Assembly: GCF_009914755.1 (NCBI RefSeq) | Contig: NC_060934.1 | DNA from: the human T2T-CHM13v2.0 reference genome, Homo sapiens | Strand: one strand, 5' to 3' | DNA: 64,000 nucleotides | Shown here: piece by piece, positions 14,287 to 27,751 of the stretch | Layout: every line of letters begins with the position of its first letter | Position numbering within the stretch: the stretch's first letter is position 1 | Notes under the pieces: model-generated | The model's input: the letters and a program-made list of their open reading frames with translations, nothing else | Told to the model about the DNA's origin: nothing | The model's database searches: none | Made by a program: the position numbers and the translations under genes

Positions 14287-15439
14287 TTGGGAAGAGGATT
14301 TCTCATTTTACAGAAAGTATGCTGGGCTACACAGGATATTCTATCAGGTTTCTTCCAGCTATAAAATTCTGAGACTAAATATCAAATTAAAGAAAATACT
14401 AATTGTCAGCGATGGGGGATGTACTGCTATTTGCTTCTAGTGGTACTCACTGCTCATTTCCTATATTCACTGGTATAAAAAAATTTCAAACACCCTCAAA
14501 AAAGCCTATACTGGTGGTACCAGGAAAACGCTGAAAATCATTACTTTCTGTGTGGTGTCCAGCTCTTTTGGTTACATCATCACTTCGACCATTCACTTTT
14601 AAAGAAAAACTTTTGTGGAACAAAAATATAAAGATTTATTTTTTTTCTTGGTGGCTTAGCACAGTGGCCTAATGTGGCTGACCATGTGCACCTGTTGTGT
14701 GAGTCACTTAGACGTGCTTTGTTTCTTGGTCACAGTTGATCCCTCAACTCAAGCATCTCACCCTCAAAATGTTTGTTTGGGACCCAAGAGGCAAACCTTG
14801 AGATGGGTTATTTCTTTCACCTTGGATTGGCTCATCTGCTGGGAGTGGAGCCAAGCTGACATTTCCTTTCCTTTTTGTCTGCCTATCACTACGTAGAGGC
14901 AGCACATAAGAGAGGGAAAGCCATGCGCGTGGAGTCCAGCACATCACCCAGAAGGCAGATGTTCTATCTCCATTTTACTCATTAAAACAAACAAAACCAC
15001 ACCTGGATTGCCTGGTACTTAAATAAAATGCACTATGATGATTGAAGAAAAATATCTTATATTTAAGGAATAGTTTTAATAGCTTACATCTGTATTTCTA
15101 TTAGCTTCCGTTTCTATTTTTAATATTTGTATAATATTAAAAGTAATTTTAAAAATGAACTAATCTTTTTACATCTCTTATGAGAACTTAATGGAGATAT
15201 GATGTTTGAAGATCAAAGATACGTGGTATTTGAAATCAGAAAATGTGTTTGCTTTTCTACACAGATTACAAATATCATGCATTATTTCACAAACTCTTCT
15301 CAAAGTGTTGATTTTAAAATTAGTAAAAGGAGGGTATATTCATATCACATCCTGGCATTTTTATAGGCAAGATTGAGCAGCTATAACCTCTAAAGTGCTT
15401 TGATCCCTATAAGCCTCAAGAAGAGAATGGTGCAATTTG

Positions 15440-15640
15440 AATTAATAACTACCCATTATAGAGCATTTGTATCACAGTATTTTCCAAATACTATCTTATT
15501 TAACCCTACAGCAATCCTATGATATGGGGATTATGTACACATTACAGATGAGAACTTGAGGCTCGGAGAAAGTAAATAACTTACACAAGATCACAAAGCA
15601 AGTGACTGCCAGAGCCAGGATCAGAACCCAGACAGGCTTC
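15440..15640 (-). mobile_element. MIR
   Basis: ATTACAGATGAGAACTTGAGGCTCGGAGAAAGTAAATAACTT...AAGATCACA core. Confidence 0.75.
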
Positions 15641-15769
15641 ATTAGGAGCTCTGCTGAACTCTGTCTAGAGAATTCTCACCACCTGCTGCAAAGGCTAAAA
15701 GAAAGGGTCATATTCCACATGTAGATTTTGAGAAATATTTGTTATTTTTCTTATGATAAAGGTTATGCA

Positions 15770-15775
15770 TACACA

Positions 15776-15807
<32 letters not shown>
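15770..15807. repeat. (CA)n microsatellite, one interruption
   Basis: Direct reading. Confidence 0.95.
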
Positions 15808-15808
<1 letters not shown>

Positions 15809-17169
15809 CTAGAAATTACAGAAAAGAAAAAAGATTAGCCAGAATGTCACCACCTAAAGACAGATAATATTTTGGTGTTTTCAAATATTCTTTTATCTAT
15901 ACTTTTTTGAATTATTTTATTTTAAAAATAACTTTTACTGGTTGCCTGATTATGAAGTAATAAATATTCACCATAAATATTTTGAAAAATATAAAACTGT
16001 CTATAAAAGAAATTTGAAATGATTGCTAATCTCAAAATATAGATACCTGTCAGTACTTTGGCATTTTATCCTCCTTGTGGCTGAGGTCACATATCTTGAG
16101 ACTGAAGCACAAAATTTCTATACCATACAGTTTATAGTTTAGGCCACAACATCATTTTTAAAATTGTTTCTTTGGTTTTTACTTGATTTGCTGATGTTTT
16201 ATTTTTTAGAAAATTGCAGATGTGATTTTTAGGCAGCTGATTGGAATGTTCTGGTTGCTCTGAATAGGACTAGCTACTTTGTTTTTTACTGAAGGACAAA
16301 TATTATTCCTACACACATAAAAAACCTCAAAGAATGAGTAATGATACTGTTTAAATCTGCCCTTATAACTCCAAAGAATGACTTCAAATTTTCTTTCTTC
16401 CAAAGCAACTTTTAAAAGCCTTTCCACTGCACAGTGAAAGAAAACCACAAACTCCTTGTTTAATAAGTGGGATCACGTGCTTTTAACACGAGGAAAAGGT
16501 CAATCTGAAGCAACTGATATGGAACTGCCAGAGTAGGTACGTAAATTTAGGAGTTACATCAATTTGGGAGGGCTGCAGAAATGTGGATCAGATTTTAATC
16601 ACACTGAGGAAGTTTCTTTGAGCAAAAGACGTGATGGTTGTTCTCTAGAACCTTTCTGTCCTGTCCGTTGCTTTGCCAAGGGAGCTAGAAAAGAAATAAA
16701 CATTTAAGAACTTAAAAGGCTTCTGGATAAAACTCAGCTTGGTGCAACACATTTTAGCTATCACAGCTTTACTCCCAAGCTTCCACCTTTCCTAGGAGCG
16801 CAGTAAAAACCTGAGCCAAAGAAACCAAACAATAGAACTGAAATTCTTTAAACTTGAGTTCTTGAGGTTATAGTCTTTGTGCACTCCATAAAGTCAAAGC
16901 CCTAAAAAGATTTTTAGAAAACAAAACACTTGTATCTGTATCTATTTCCCCAAACCTCTCTACATTTACTTACCTTTTGCAGACTCATGCTTTCTCTTTT
17001 CCTTGTGATTGCATTTGGATAGAATGAAGACCTCTCCTACAGTTCTCAACTTAAATTCTTTCTTTTATTTCTTAGCTACGAAAGAAAATTCAAAAAATTC
17101 AATGCTCTACTTTGTAACTCCCTGGACATAGTGAGTCCATTATGTACATCATGAGGAGGGAGTGGAGAA

Positions 17170-17752
17170 AGTGGAATTCTTATGTAAATTCATACAGCTT
17201 TGGAAAATGGTTTAGCAGTACCTACTAAAGCTGAGCATATGCAAAACCAGTGACCCAGGAATGTCATGGGTACATAACCTACAAAAATGTAGACAGATGC
17301 GCTAAAAGACATGTACAACATGTTCACTGCAGCCCAGTTCATCATCACCCCAAAGTGGAAACATCTCAAGCGTCCACCAGCTGGAGGCTGCACAATAAAA
17401 CTGTGGTACTTTCGTCGGTAGAAACATGCCACAGCTTGAACACACGCTGAAAACATAACGTCAAGTGAAAGAAGCCAGGTCCCAAAAAAAGACATACTGT
17501 ATGATTGTATTTACATTAAGTCCCAAAACAGGTAAACTGAATTCATGCAATGGAAAGTCATGAGAGTAGCTACTGCATCTGGGGAGGCAGGTGGTGGAGT
17601 GCCAGGGAAGGAGCACCAGGATGGCTCATGGTGCTATTTTTATGACTTGATGTAGGGGATAGGTAATAGGTAGGTCCACTTTGGAAAAGTTCATCTAGCT
17701 GTGTATTTGTGACTTGCAGTCTTTTCTGCATGTGTCAATTCCAGTAAAAAGA
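17170..17752 (+). mobile_element. Old L1M (ME/MC-type) 3' fragment
   Basis: TTTGGAAAATGGTTTAGCAGTACCTACTAAAGCTGAGCATATGC...AAGAAGCCAG...ATACTGTATGATT, typical L1M 3' sequence. Confidence 0.75.
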
Positions 17753-18626
17753 TTACTTGAAAATCGAGTATAATATTATTGTATTTACAAAGCCCTTTCT
17801 ACGTAGCCAGAAACAGGGTTGGTTTCCCAGGTGACTGAGAGGTCGTCAGGAGCTTAGTGAGTGGAGGGCAGGGGACAAGTGTGTTCATTCTCTCTCCCTC
17901 TCTCTCTGCTGTTCTGTAAGGTGACAAGTTAGGCTTACTGCCAGTGTGACCTTAAATAAGCCATGCATGCTTTCTGAATCCTTTTTTCTTATTTGGTGAG
18001 TGACGTGCTAGTTAAAATGGTGTCTCCAGCCCTTTCCCGTCCTCGCTGCTGTGATTCAAGCCCCCTCCTTCTCTGTGGGGCTTCCTCCGACCTCTCGATT
18101 TCACTGTCACCTTTCTCTCTTCCTCTCTCTCCTGCTTCCTCCCTGTCCACCCCCATCTCTGTCCCCCCAGGGCCGAGTTTGTTTTATATCTCTTTTGGTA
18201 TCTCCTCTGGTTTTCTGGCACCATGTCTTACGTAGAGCAAATAATAATGCTTTAAAAAATTCTCGATAAAGGAAAAAGTTCAGTAAAGTGTGAATTTCAC
18301 ATTGTAGTCAGTGGTTAAATGCCTCAAACACTTAAAAAGTAGAATTTATCTCAACCTGGGCAGAAGGCAGTCCATGCCAATTTCTAAATGGAATCCAATA
18401 GCAAGAATGCACAAAGAACAAGCAGGAGTGGTGAGGATTTCCTCACTCTGTCCCTCAGAGGTGGCGCGTCTCATCTGTGAGGTGAAAGTGTCATCACGTC
18501 ATTGACATAAAGTATAAGTACAGGGAACATAATCATCTGGGAGATTTTAATTTGAGTTAATAAGAGATAAGATTTTCAGGCTAAAAGTCTTGGGGCTGGA
18601 CAAAGAATATTTAAAAGGAGGGTTGG

Positions 18627-19008
18627 TGGATAAAGAAACTGTGGTATATTTATACGATGGAAGACTACTTGGCCATAAAAAGGAATGAATTAACAGCATT
18701 TGCAGTGACCTGGAGATTGGAGACTATTATTCTAAGTGAAGTAATTCAGAAATGGAAAACCAAACATCATATGTTCTCACTGATATGTGGGAGCTAAGCT
18801 ATGAGGATGCAAAGGCAAAAGAATGATACAATGGACTTTGGGGACTTGGGGGGAAGGGTAGGGGGCGGCGAGACATAAAGACTAGAAATATGGTGCAAAG
18901 TATATTGCTTGGGTGATGGGTGTACCAAAATCTCACAAATCACCACTAAAGAACTTACTCCTGTAACCAAATACCACCTGTACCCCAAAAACTTATGGAA
19001 AAATAAAT
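18627..19008 (+). mobile_element. L1PB1-type 3' end
   Basis: Diagnostic 3'UTR (ACCAAAATCTCACAAATCACCACTAAAGAACTTACTC...CCACCTGTACCCC). TSD AAAAG(G)AGGGTTGG at 18613-18626 and 19009-19021. Confidence 0.9.
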
Positions 19009-19089
19009 AAAAGAGGGTTGGATGATAAGAATTTGTCATCTTGTTTTCTGAATTGTTCAATTGTACTTAATTGTACTTCTTTCCTTAAG

Positions 19090-19274
19090 GAGTTGAAAAT
19101 CTTCCTAAACTGCTGGAGGATACACCTCTGATAGCTTGAGACAAATATCCTCTTGATCATTGTTTCACCATATTTGTCTTTGCTCATGGAGAACCATTTT
19201 GATCCGTGGTTTAGCCTCCCAGGTGATTGAACAATACCGGTGATCTGAGGCAGACCCTCTGTGACGGATAACAG
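19090..19274 (+). ncRNA. Candidate internal exon (185 nt)
   Basis: Acceptor TGTACTTCTTTCCTTAAG|G and consensus donor CAG|GTGAGT; non-repeat sequence. Confidence 0.35.
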
Positions 19275-19984
19275 GTGAGTCTCTTGCATGTTTTTGCATC
19301 ATGTACTGATTACCCAGACAAAACTGAGTTGGTACAGCTGCTAAATCCAGGATCAAGTGCTGGGATAGTAGTCATTCAAGGAGGAGGTGTCCTGAGGGGC
19401 TCATCCCTCAGTAGCCAGCTGTGCCCAGAGCAGAGAGGGGCACAGGGTGACAGAGTGAGGCAGGCAGAGGAAGCCGCACATGGCCAGGTGGGAATGGACA
19501 TCAGGCTCCTGACTGCTCTCCTCACCCAGCTACACCTTCAGCTTTTCACTGGCAGACACCTGTGGCTGCTGAGATACCATCCCCTCCAGTGAGTCGGCTG
19601 GCAATTAGCTTATGGTCCTAAGGATATTTCTGGTGTTGCTGAGAAAGTCAGAGAAATAGAGGAAAATGTCAAGCTATGCTTTTAGAAAAGAGTAGATGTT
19701 AACTTGTTTGGCTTCTGACTCTCAGCCTTAAAGAAACATGTCACCTTCTTCCTCACCTGTAACGGCAACAAATCCTCGTAACAAACATCTTCCATTGATA
19801 CTTGAAGAACATGCTCACATAGTAGGTGCTGGCTAGTTTGTACAACACGCCTCTGCTTGTATTTATCTACTCACAGGTGAGAATGAGTTGAAATAAAACG
19901 TGGAAGTTCCTAGGAAGCACTCAGTATTGCCCCTCCCTGCCCCTTTTCTGCTGTTATCTGCTGTGGGAGCAGGGGAGCAGGGCA

Positions 19985-20190
19985 GTGTGCTGTGGTGGCA
20001 GATGGTGGACTTCAGAGTCCTAGAACTCCCAGATTCATGATCATGACAGGTCTGGGCTCCACCACTGACAAGCCATGAGGACTTGGGGAGTCCCATGATC
20101 TCTCTGGGCCTCAGTTTCCTCTGCTGTAAAACAAAGCAATGGATGAGATAACATTTCTTTCCACTTGATAAATCCATAAAGTGCAAAAGA
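19985..20190 (+). mobile_element. MIR
   Basis: CTCTCTGGGCCTCAGTTTCCTCTGCTGTAAAA core. Confidence 0.7.
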
Positions 20191-21859
20191 ACCTAACTCT
20201 GACAAATATTTGTATAATATTTTTACTCCAGCAGGATGCATGATTTGTATTCAGCTGAGATGGATTGACTAAAAATTACACCTTCTGCTCACTCTAATTT
20301 ATTGCTGTAGAAGAAAGAATAAGTGAGATATTTCCATTTCTAGTGACAGGTGGCTGGCACTTTGAAACCTTCCATTTCATTACTCACCTTAATGTTTTCA
20401 CTAAAACACATGTGGTTTTCAAACACAGGAAGGAAAACATGGTAACCTGTGGTTACAATTTCCACTAGAAAATAGAAAAGGTGTAGGTCAGAAAGAATGT
20501 TTGTGGGGTGTTCCTTTTTTACTTTAAACATGAAAACCCATGTCAGAAGAGTTTTCTCTTGAGAAGAACACTGTTAATTGTTGCAATTTTCAAAAGTTGA
20601 TGAAAATGGGGCCCAGTGGCCTCTGTTGTTGCAACCAGGGCAGTTGTGGTTGAAGAACTCTGAAGGCTTTAGTGCCAGGGATATTTTTAATCTTCCACTG
20701 TGTCTTCAAGCAGTCTCTCTCTTCTCTTTTAATTCAAATTCTGGGAAGCCTAAAGAAAATGTCTTTTCAGGCAGTCCTTCTCATACCCAAGTAGCTCTAA
20801 GAATCCCTTTTCAGATCCCATCTTGAAGCAAATTAGCTTGTTCAAATAGCATTTCCTCTGTAGCAATTACCTTCACAGTTATTTTCAGCTACTGGTTCCG
20901 TAGTTTGCTGTGATCAGTTGAATTTACCTGATACCTAAAATTAATTAATTCTTCAATAAATATTTGGAGAGCACCAACTAAGTTTACGACATGCGCACAC
21001 ATCTGAGTTAATTGGTTAATCAGAAAGAAATGCAAAACACAAAAGAAAAACTCTTTTGAATTTTCTAAATTGTAAACATCTACAACTACTAGAGATATGG
21101 AGTAAGTTTTAAGTAAATTCTATTTTCACAAGAGACTGGTATTTGAACTTCGGAAGTCCTCTTTCCAGATGGCCGGGGTACCTAGCAGGAGGGGGTGGGA
21201 AACCACTCCAATAAATGTTATGCATTGGTTCAAGAAACCAGCTGTTCAACCTGCAAGAGAAAAATGTGTTAACGGAGTAATACATACATAGTAGTTTAGA
21301 TTTTTTTCTTCTAATTGCTTTACTGATGACAATCAAATAAGAATATGCGTAGAGCTCTTCAGGGTATCAATAAAAACAGATGCAAGTCATGTTCACGTGC
21401 AGGTTCAGTTTTAAAGGGAAGAACCGCAGCATACATAGAACAGGAGAGCGGGACTGAGCTGTTCTGTACCAAGCTCTTATCTGCCAGACAAGATCTTATC
21501 TTACGTATTTATACACAAGCACAGATGTGCATGGTGAAACATGCATTTGTATCAATACAGGATAGCACTGGGGAGGACTCCTGATGGGTGGGAGGACTCC
21601 TCCAGTACTTGTTCCACTGCAGCCTGCCCTCGGCACAAGCAGCCAGAAAGATTCCCTAACAGCAGAGTCATACCTGCCACTCTGTCCCAGCCCCCAGGGC
21701 TTCCTTCTCCCTACAGGACCTGGCCAGTCCCTAGGCCCCAGATCCGCCTCTGATTCATCTTCCCCACCCAGCTCCAGCTGCATCAGCCCCTGTTTGCTTC
21801 TTAGCATGCCGGCAGGCTGGAGCCCAGGGCACAAGTCTCCATGTTTGGCTTGAACATCA

Positions 21860-22127
21860 ATTTCTCCAGGATGATTTCCCTGATGACTCTGTTTTAAATT
21901 TCAGGCCCTCTGTAACCCCTGTCCACACATACACACTAGACCCTATGCTCCCTTTCCCTATCTCCCTCCCCATCCCTCTTCCCAGTTGGCTTCACCTTTC
22001 TGGAATAGAAACTCTATGCAAGCAGGGATTTTCCCCGTGTATCACTTATTATTGTATCCCAACAACTAGAGAGTACTTGGCACATAGTAGACGTTCAAAC
22101 AACGTTCGTTCAATGAATGCATGAATT
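21860..22127 (+). mobile_element. L2 3' end
   Basis: TGGCACATAGTAGACGTTCAA...AATGAATGCATGAAT terminus. Confidence 0.65.
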
Positions 22128-22422
22128 AAATGTAACTAATCACAATACATTCACAGATATATGAAATAATTCACTTACTTATGCAGAAGAATTGGGTAGC
22201 TATGGATTTAATTAGTCCTTTCACGTCTTAAGAAGTATTTAATTCATTTACAAATATAAACAAAGAGCAAATTCTTTACCTCACATGGAATATCCTCTTT
22301 TGGACAGCTGGCATCAAATTGGCTCCGTGAACATTAGTCATAACACAATGGTCATCTTTCTTTATTCATTGGTCATCATTCTAACAGTGTAGAGTCAGAG
22401 TCCCTATCTTTCAGATAGGGAG

Positions 22423-22720
22423 CTGTATTGGTTTTCTACAGGTGCTGTAAAAAACCTCTACAAACTAAGTAGCTTAGAACCAAAATGTATTGCTGCACAG
22501 TTCTGTAGGTCAGAAGTCCAGGCTCACTCAGTTGACTTCTTCAGGTTTCACAAGGCAGAACGTCGGGTTGCTGGCTGGCCTGGGCTCCTACCGGGAGGCT
22601 CCAGCAAGGTGGGAGGAAGGGATCCCTTCAGTGTCCTGAGCAGCACTGTGGTTGCCTCCCTCCCTTGGCCAGAGGAGAAACATTTTAAGAACTGACACAG
22701 ATGGCACTCGTGCCATATGG
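22423..22720 (-). mobile_element. MLT1-family (MaLR) LTR fragment
   Basis: TGTATTGGTTTTCT...GCTGTAA...AGTAGCTTAGAAC...CAGTTCTGTAGGTCAGAAGTCC. Confidence 0.7.
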
Positions 22721-22914
22721 ATAACTCCTACTAGTCTGGAGTGTGGCTTTGGTGCTGTTGCTGCAGACACCTTGTGCAAATGAATGGCTGAGGAAGACCC
22801 CCTTCCACACGATGCTGAGTAAGAGGAGCTAGTCTCGGAAGAAGAGCACAGACCCTGTGATTCCATTGCCTCAAATACCAGAGCAGGCAGGACCTTATCT
22901 GTGGCGGTCAAAAT

Positions 22915-23500
22915 TAGATTAGTGGATTCCAGGGTCAGAGGGTGGTGGACAGAGTTTGACTACACAGGAACATAAGACACATTTCTGGCAAGATGAAACT
23001 ATTTTATATCTTTTTGAAAAAGTTATTTATTTATTTATTTATTTAAGTTAACGCTTAATTTTAATATAATTGTATATATTTATGGTATACAACATATTTC
23101 CACATGTGTGCACCTTGTGGCATGGCTAAATCAAGCTAACTGACATACGCATTACCTTACATACTTACGGTTGATTTGTGGTGAGAACACTTAAAATCTA
23201 CTCTCTTAGCAATTTCAAGTAATAACAATACATTGTTATTAATTAGAGTCACAATGTTGCACAATGGATCCCTTGAAGGAGTCCTCCCCTCTATCTGAAA
23301 TTTTGTATCCTTTGACCAACATCTCCCTGTCTTCCCTTGCCCCCCCTCAACCCCTCCCCCAAGCCCACTGCCACCGGTTTTCTATGTTTCGATTGGGGTA
23401 GTGGTTACATGATACATGTTTGGAAAAAATCATTGACTTGTACAATTACAATGTGTGAATTATATTGTATGTAAATTATTCCTTAACACTATTGACAAAA
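22915..23500. mobile_element. L1MA-type fragment (- strand, approx. 23020-23378) nested in an older + strand L1M 3' end
   Basis: GGCTAAATCAAGCTAA...GTGGTGAGAACACTTAAAATCTACTCTCTTAGCAAT is the reverse L1MA 3'UTR. The flanks continue an L1M 3' end (...TATTGTATGTAAATTAT). Confidence 0.7.
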
Positions 23501-24939
23501 ATAGTAAAATTAATAAAACAGTGTAAATACTACACCTAATTTTAAACAGAAAAAAAGATGAGAGACATCATTCCAGCATATTTTAGGAGGTCATTTAATA
23601 TGAGATCTACCCTCATAACAGATTTCTAAGTGCACAGTTTCGTGTTGTTAACTACAGGCACAATGTTACGTAGTGGATCTCTAGAATGCAATCTGATTTC
23701 CTCAACCCCCATAGTCCGTCCTATACAAAGGAGTTCTCTGTGGAGTCATTTACCTTGCTTATTTGGTTGGTAAATTACCACCTGTTCCTGTTGATGAGTT
23801 TGCAGAGAAATTCACAGATGTTGCTGAAATTTTCAGCCTAGCCATGTTGGTTTTGAACAGTGACTGGTTTTGCTTTTTGTGAAGAAAACACTTGCTCGAA
23901 CAGCATCCTTTGAAGGAGACACTGTAAGGTCAAAATTCTTTTGCTGGCTGCCTCAAGCTACTGAGTGAAATCACATTTCACTGTATACTTTTGTCCTCCT
24001 TTCTAACTGATAGAGACATGCCAACTGTGGGGAAATGGTAAATATGTTAGATTTTCTTCCATTTTCAGACAAAAACGACTCTTTAACTGAGGGTATTATG
24101 TTTCTGATGTGCTTTTTTAGTTGCTATTTTTATGTAGGTTAAAAAAAGACATTTGATGATGTCTCGTAAGTATTTTTCCAACTTATACAAAGCTTTTCAT
24201 GTAATAAAAACATCATTACGACACTATCAAAGACAATGAGCTTATTAATGAGTGTCAGGGATTTTGCTAATTTTTGGAGTTTGTATCAGTTGTATGATCT
24301 CTGCCTTAAAAATCTGATTTAGTATTAAAATGCTTTTTTCAATAATTAGTTGTAGCAAATTTAAACTTGTGAGTTTATATATTTTTTTTCTCTTGGTACT
24401 ATGATTCTGGAGTTGATGATGTAATAGAATCATAATGGTAATTTACTAAAAGCTTGAATCACTGAATCTCAAAGAATTAAACACCAAGCTGAATGGGAAA
24501 ATCAAAATAAAAGTTACTGTGTATTTCAAGATTACTTGAGAGATTTTTTAAATGAGAAGCTAGAAAGCAGATATCTCAAGCGATTTAAGTAGAATTATGT
24601 GAAACAAATAAATAACTTTCAGTATACCATTTCTTTTTAAGTCAGAGAAGCAGAGAAACTAAATACATGGACATTGGATAGGCCATCTTTAAATGAGAAG
24701 TCAGAATTTATGTTTCCTAATGAAATTTAAAGATTTAATAGAGATATTTAAATTCCAACTAAAATTATTTCTGTAGGCAGAGCCTATCACAATTGCTGAA
24801 ATTATAGCTAGGAAATTAGCAAATGCCCTATCATACAGTAATTTATCTTTCCATTTTTTTGATGATATGGAAAATGAAACTTTTTAATCTTTAAGTTTCC
24901 ATTAATTGATTGCATATTATAGAACTTTTATAAATATGA

Positions 24940-25110
24940 TTCTTACATTAGACTATGAGGTAGATATTATATCTTTGTTTTACAGAAAAGAAAATTGAGG
25001 ATCAGAAAATACGCACAATTTGCAAAAACCATGGGTGAGTAGATGGCAGAGTGTAGATTTGAAAGCAGTGTTGACTTTAAGCCTGTGCCTCCAGTAACCT
25101 TCCCATGATA
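24940..25110 (-). mobile_element. MIR
   Basis: TTTTACAGAAAAGAAAATTGAGGATCAGA core. Confidence 0.6.
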
Positions 25111-25489
25111 CACAGTCACCATTCAAAGAATATTTGTTGAGGGAGTGATTTTTTTTAACAGGATTAAAAATATAAAACAAGAAGGAGGAGGTATGAGGCA
25201 GCTATCTAAATCCATCCTTCCGCTGCAGATTTTAAAGCCTTTTTCCTTTTCCATCTTGCCTGCCTAATTATTTTATCATTTTAACACATTGATATATTCA
25301 GTGACTAATCCTTTACTGCCTTGCAAATATGTTACAAGCATTTTCTAAGTCCTAGAATTGAAAAGTAATGATTACTTAAAAAAAAAAAATCAGTGACTTC
25401 ATTCAGGAAAATCCACTGGTATCCAGGCCGGTGGATTCAGGCTCAGCAGTAAGGTCTTGCTTTTTGTCTTCTTTGCTTTCTTCTCTAAA

Positions 25490-26100
25490 ACATTTTTTCA
25501 AATTGAGAAATTTTAAAAACCGTGTCTATTTATGGTGCACAATATGATGTTTTGAAATATGTGTACATTGTGGAATGGCTACATCAAGCTAATTAACATA
25601 TACATTACCTCAAACAGTTTTCATTTGTTTGTAGTGAGAATATTTAAAATCTCTGAGCAATTTTCAAGTATACGACACGTTGCTGTTAACCAGAATCACC
25701 ATGTTGTAGAATGGATATATTGAACTTGTTCCTCCTGTCGAACTGAAATTTTGTATGGTTTAACAATCCCCTATTTCCCCCCCCACCTCCAGTCCTTGGT
25801 AACCACCATTCTACTCTCTGCATCTATGAGTTTGACGTCTTTATGTTCCACATCATGAGATGTTTTGAGATAATGTGGTATTGCTCTTCCTCTGCCGGCC
25901 TTATTTCACCCAGCATAATGTCCTCCAGGTTTATTCATGTTGTCAAGAATGATAGATTTTTCTTTTCTTTAAGGCTTTACTTATACCACATTTTCTTTGT
26001 CATTTATCCCTTGATGGACAGAGGTTATTCCATATCTTGGCTATTGTGAATATTGCTATAGGGAACATGGGAGTGCATATAGCTCTCTGACATCCCAATT
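25490..26100 (-). mobile_element. L1MA-type 3' fragment
   Basis: TGTGGAATGGCTACATCAAGCTAATTAACATA...GGTAACCACCATTCTACTCTCTG...CATATCTTGGCTATTGTGAAT. Confidence 0.85.
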
Positions 26101-26689
26101 TTTATTTTATTTCCCCTTCTTTTAAGCATTTCTTAAAGTTCTCACCTTCACCTTTTATTATTCAAAAGAATTGTGAGTAGCAGTTGTGTGGTTCAAGAGC
26201 ACACTGCAGTCTTCCTTGTGTTCATCTATATTATCTGGGATATTTTGTTAGTTCTGGTCTGCAAGCTTCAAGGCTTATTGATAGTTTGAGTCACCAAATA
26301 GCCAATAAGACCTTATGGGTTATAGAATAAACATTCAGACTCCTTTTTCTGGTCTTTATCATCCTTCGTAGTATAGTCCCAGTCTATTTCTTTAAATTTA
26401 TCTCCCTCTATTTCCATAAATATTCTCTATCCTAAACTCATTGCCTAATTAATTCTTGAACATGCCACATGCATTCCCATGCTGCACTTTTGCTAAAACC
26501 AATCCTCAGCCTGGAATTCCCTTTCTACTCCTCTGCCAATCCAATCCTTTTTTTGCACATCCAATTCAAGTTCCACCTCTTCCCTAAAGATAGTATTTTT
26601 TTCTTGGTGGCATTTATTTAGTTTTCAGAATATGCAATTTATATTATTATTATAGCTTTTGCTCTCAGATCTTTTTTGCTATAAAAATA

Positions 26690-27345
26690 TTTATTTATTT
26701 TTATTGATACACCATAGCTGTACATATTTTTAGGGTACATGTAATAATTTGGTACATTCATATAATCAAATCAGGGTAATTGGGATGTCCAACATCTTAA
26801 ATATTTATCTTTATGCTAGGAATGTTCAAATTATTATCTTCTAGTTATTTTGAAATGTGCAATCACTTCATGTTAATTATAATTAACCTACTGATGTATC
26901 AAACACCAGGTCTTATTTCTTCTAAGTGTGTGTTTGTACCTGATATGGTTTGGCTCTGTGTCTCTAGCCAAATCTCATGTAAAACTGCAATCCCCACAGG
27001 AAGGGCCTCATGAGAGGCAATTGAGTCATGGGGGCAGACTTCTCCCTTACTGTTCTCATGAGATCTGGTTGTTTAAAGGTGTGCAGCCCTTCCCCCTTCG
27101 CTCTCCTTCTTTTCTGCCACCATATGAAGACATGCCTGCTTCCCCTTCACCTTTCTGCCATGATTATAAGTTTCCTGAGGCCTCCCAGCCATGCCTCCTG
27201 TACAGCCTGTAGAACTGTGAGTCAATTAAACCCCCTTCCTTTATAAATTACCCAGTCTCAGGTAGTTCTTTATAGCAGTGTGAGAACGAACTAGTATAGT
27301 ACCCATTAATCAACCTCTCTTCATCCCCTCAGCTCCCTACCCTCT
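26690..27345 (-). mobile_element. L1MA-type 3' fragment split by an MST LTR
   Basis: ATCAAATCAGGGTAATTGGGAT...TTCTAGTTATTTTGAAAT; resumes after the LTR as GTACCCATTAATCAACCTCTCTTCATCCCC. Confidence 0.75.
26941..27298 (+). mobile_element. MSTA-like MaLR solo LTR
   Basis: TGATATGGTTTGGCTCTGTGTC start and ...AATTACCCAGTCTCAGGTAGTTCTTTATAGCAGTGTGAGAAC end. Perfect 5-bp TSD GTACC (26936-26940, 27299-27303). Confidence 0.92.
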
Positions 27346-27751
27346 TTTATCATTTATACTTTAGTCTCGCAAGTAGTTCTCTATTTTTGTCTCCTTGGTC
27401 ATTCTCAACAGTACTTTTCAGACAGTACTCTGAAAAAAAAATCACCCAGAAAAGATTGTTGATATTGTTGTTGATAATGAGGATGAAACATTTGTCTTAA
27501 TTTTTAAAGATGATGAACGAAAGATTGAACTTGGAGTTAAAACAAACACATTGTTTATTCTAAACTATACATAATGATAACAACTGTCAGCTAACTGAAC
27601 CGCCTCCTCAGTGATATTGTATCAGTTGCTCCGCTGCTGATTGGAGTTGAAATCATTGTAAGGGATGGAAGACACCAGGAGGTAGAACTTAAGAGGTAGA
27701 ACTCCCCATGAAACCTTCATTCATGGCTAACCCCAATAATTTAGCAGCGAC

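Noticed and set aside
14406-14533. Short segment with CAGCG...CGCTG ends suggesting a tiny TIR element
   Set aside because: The inverted match is only 5 bp and there is no convincing TSD.
18452-18470. CTCF-like CTCAGAGGTGGCGC (similar partial matches near 48212 and 53115)
   Set aside because: Only the 3' half of the core matches, which is expected by chance in 64 kb.
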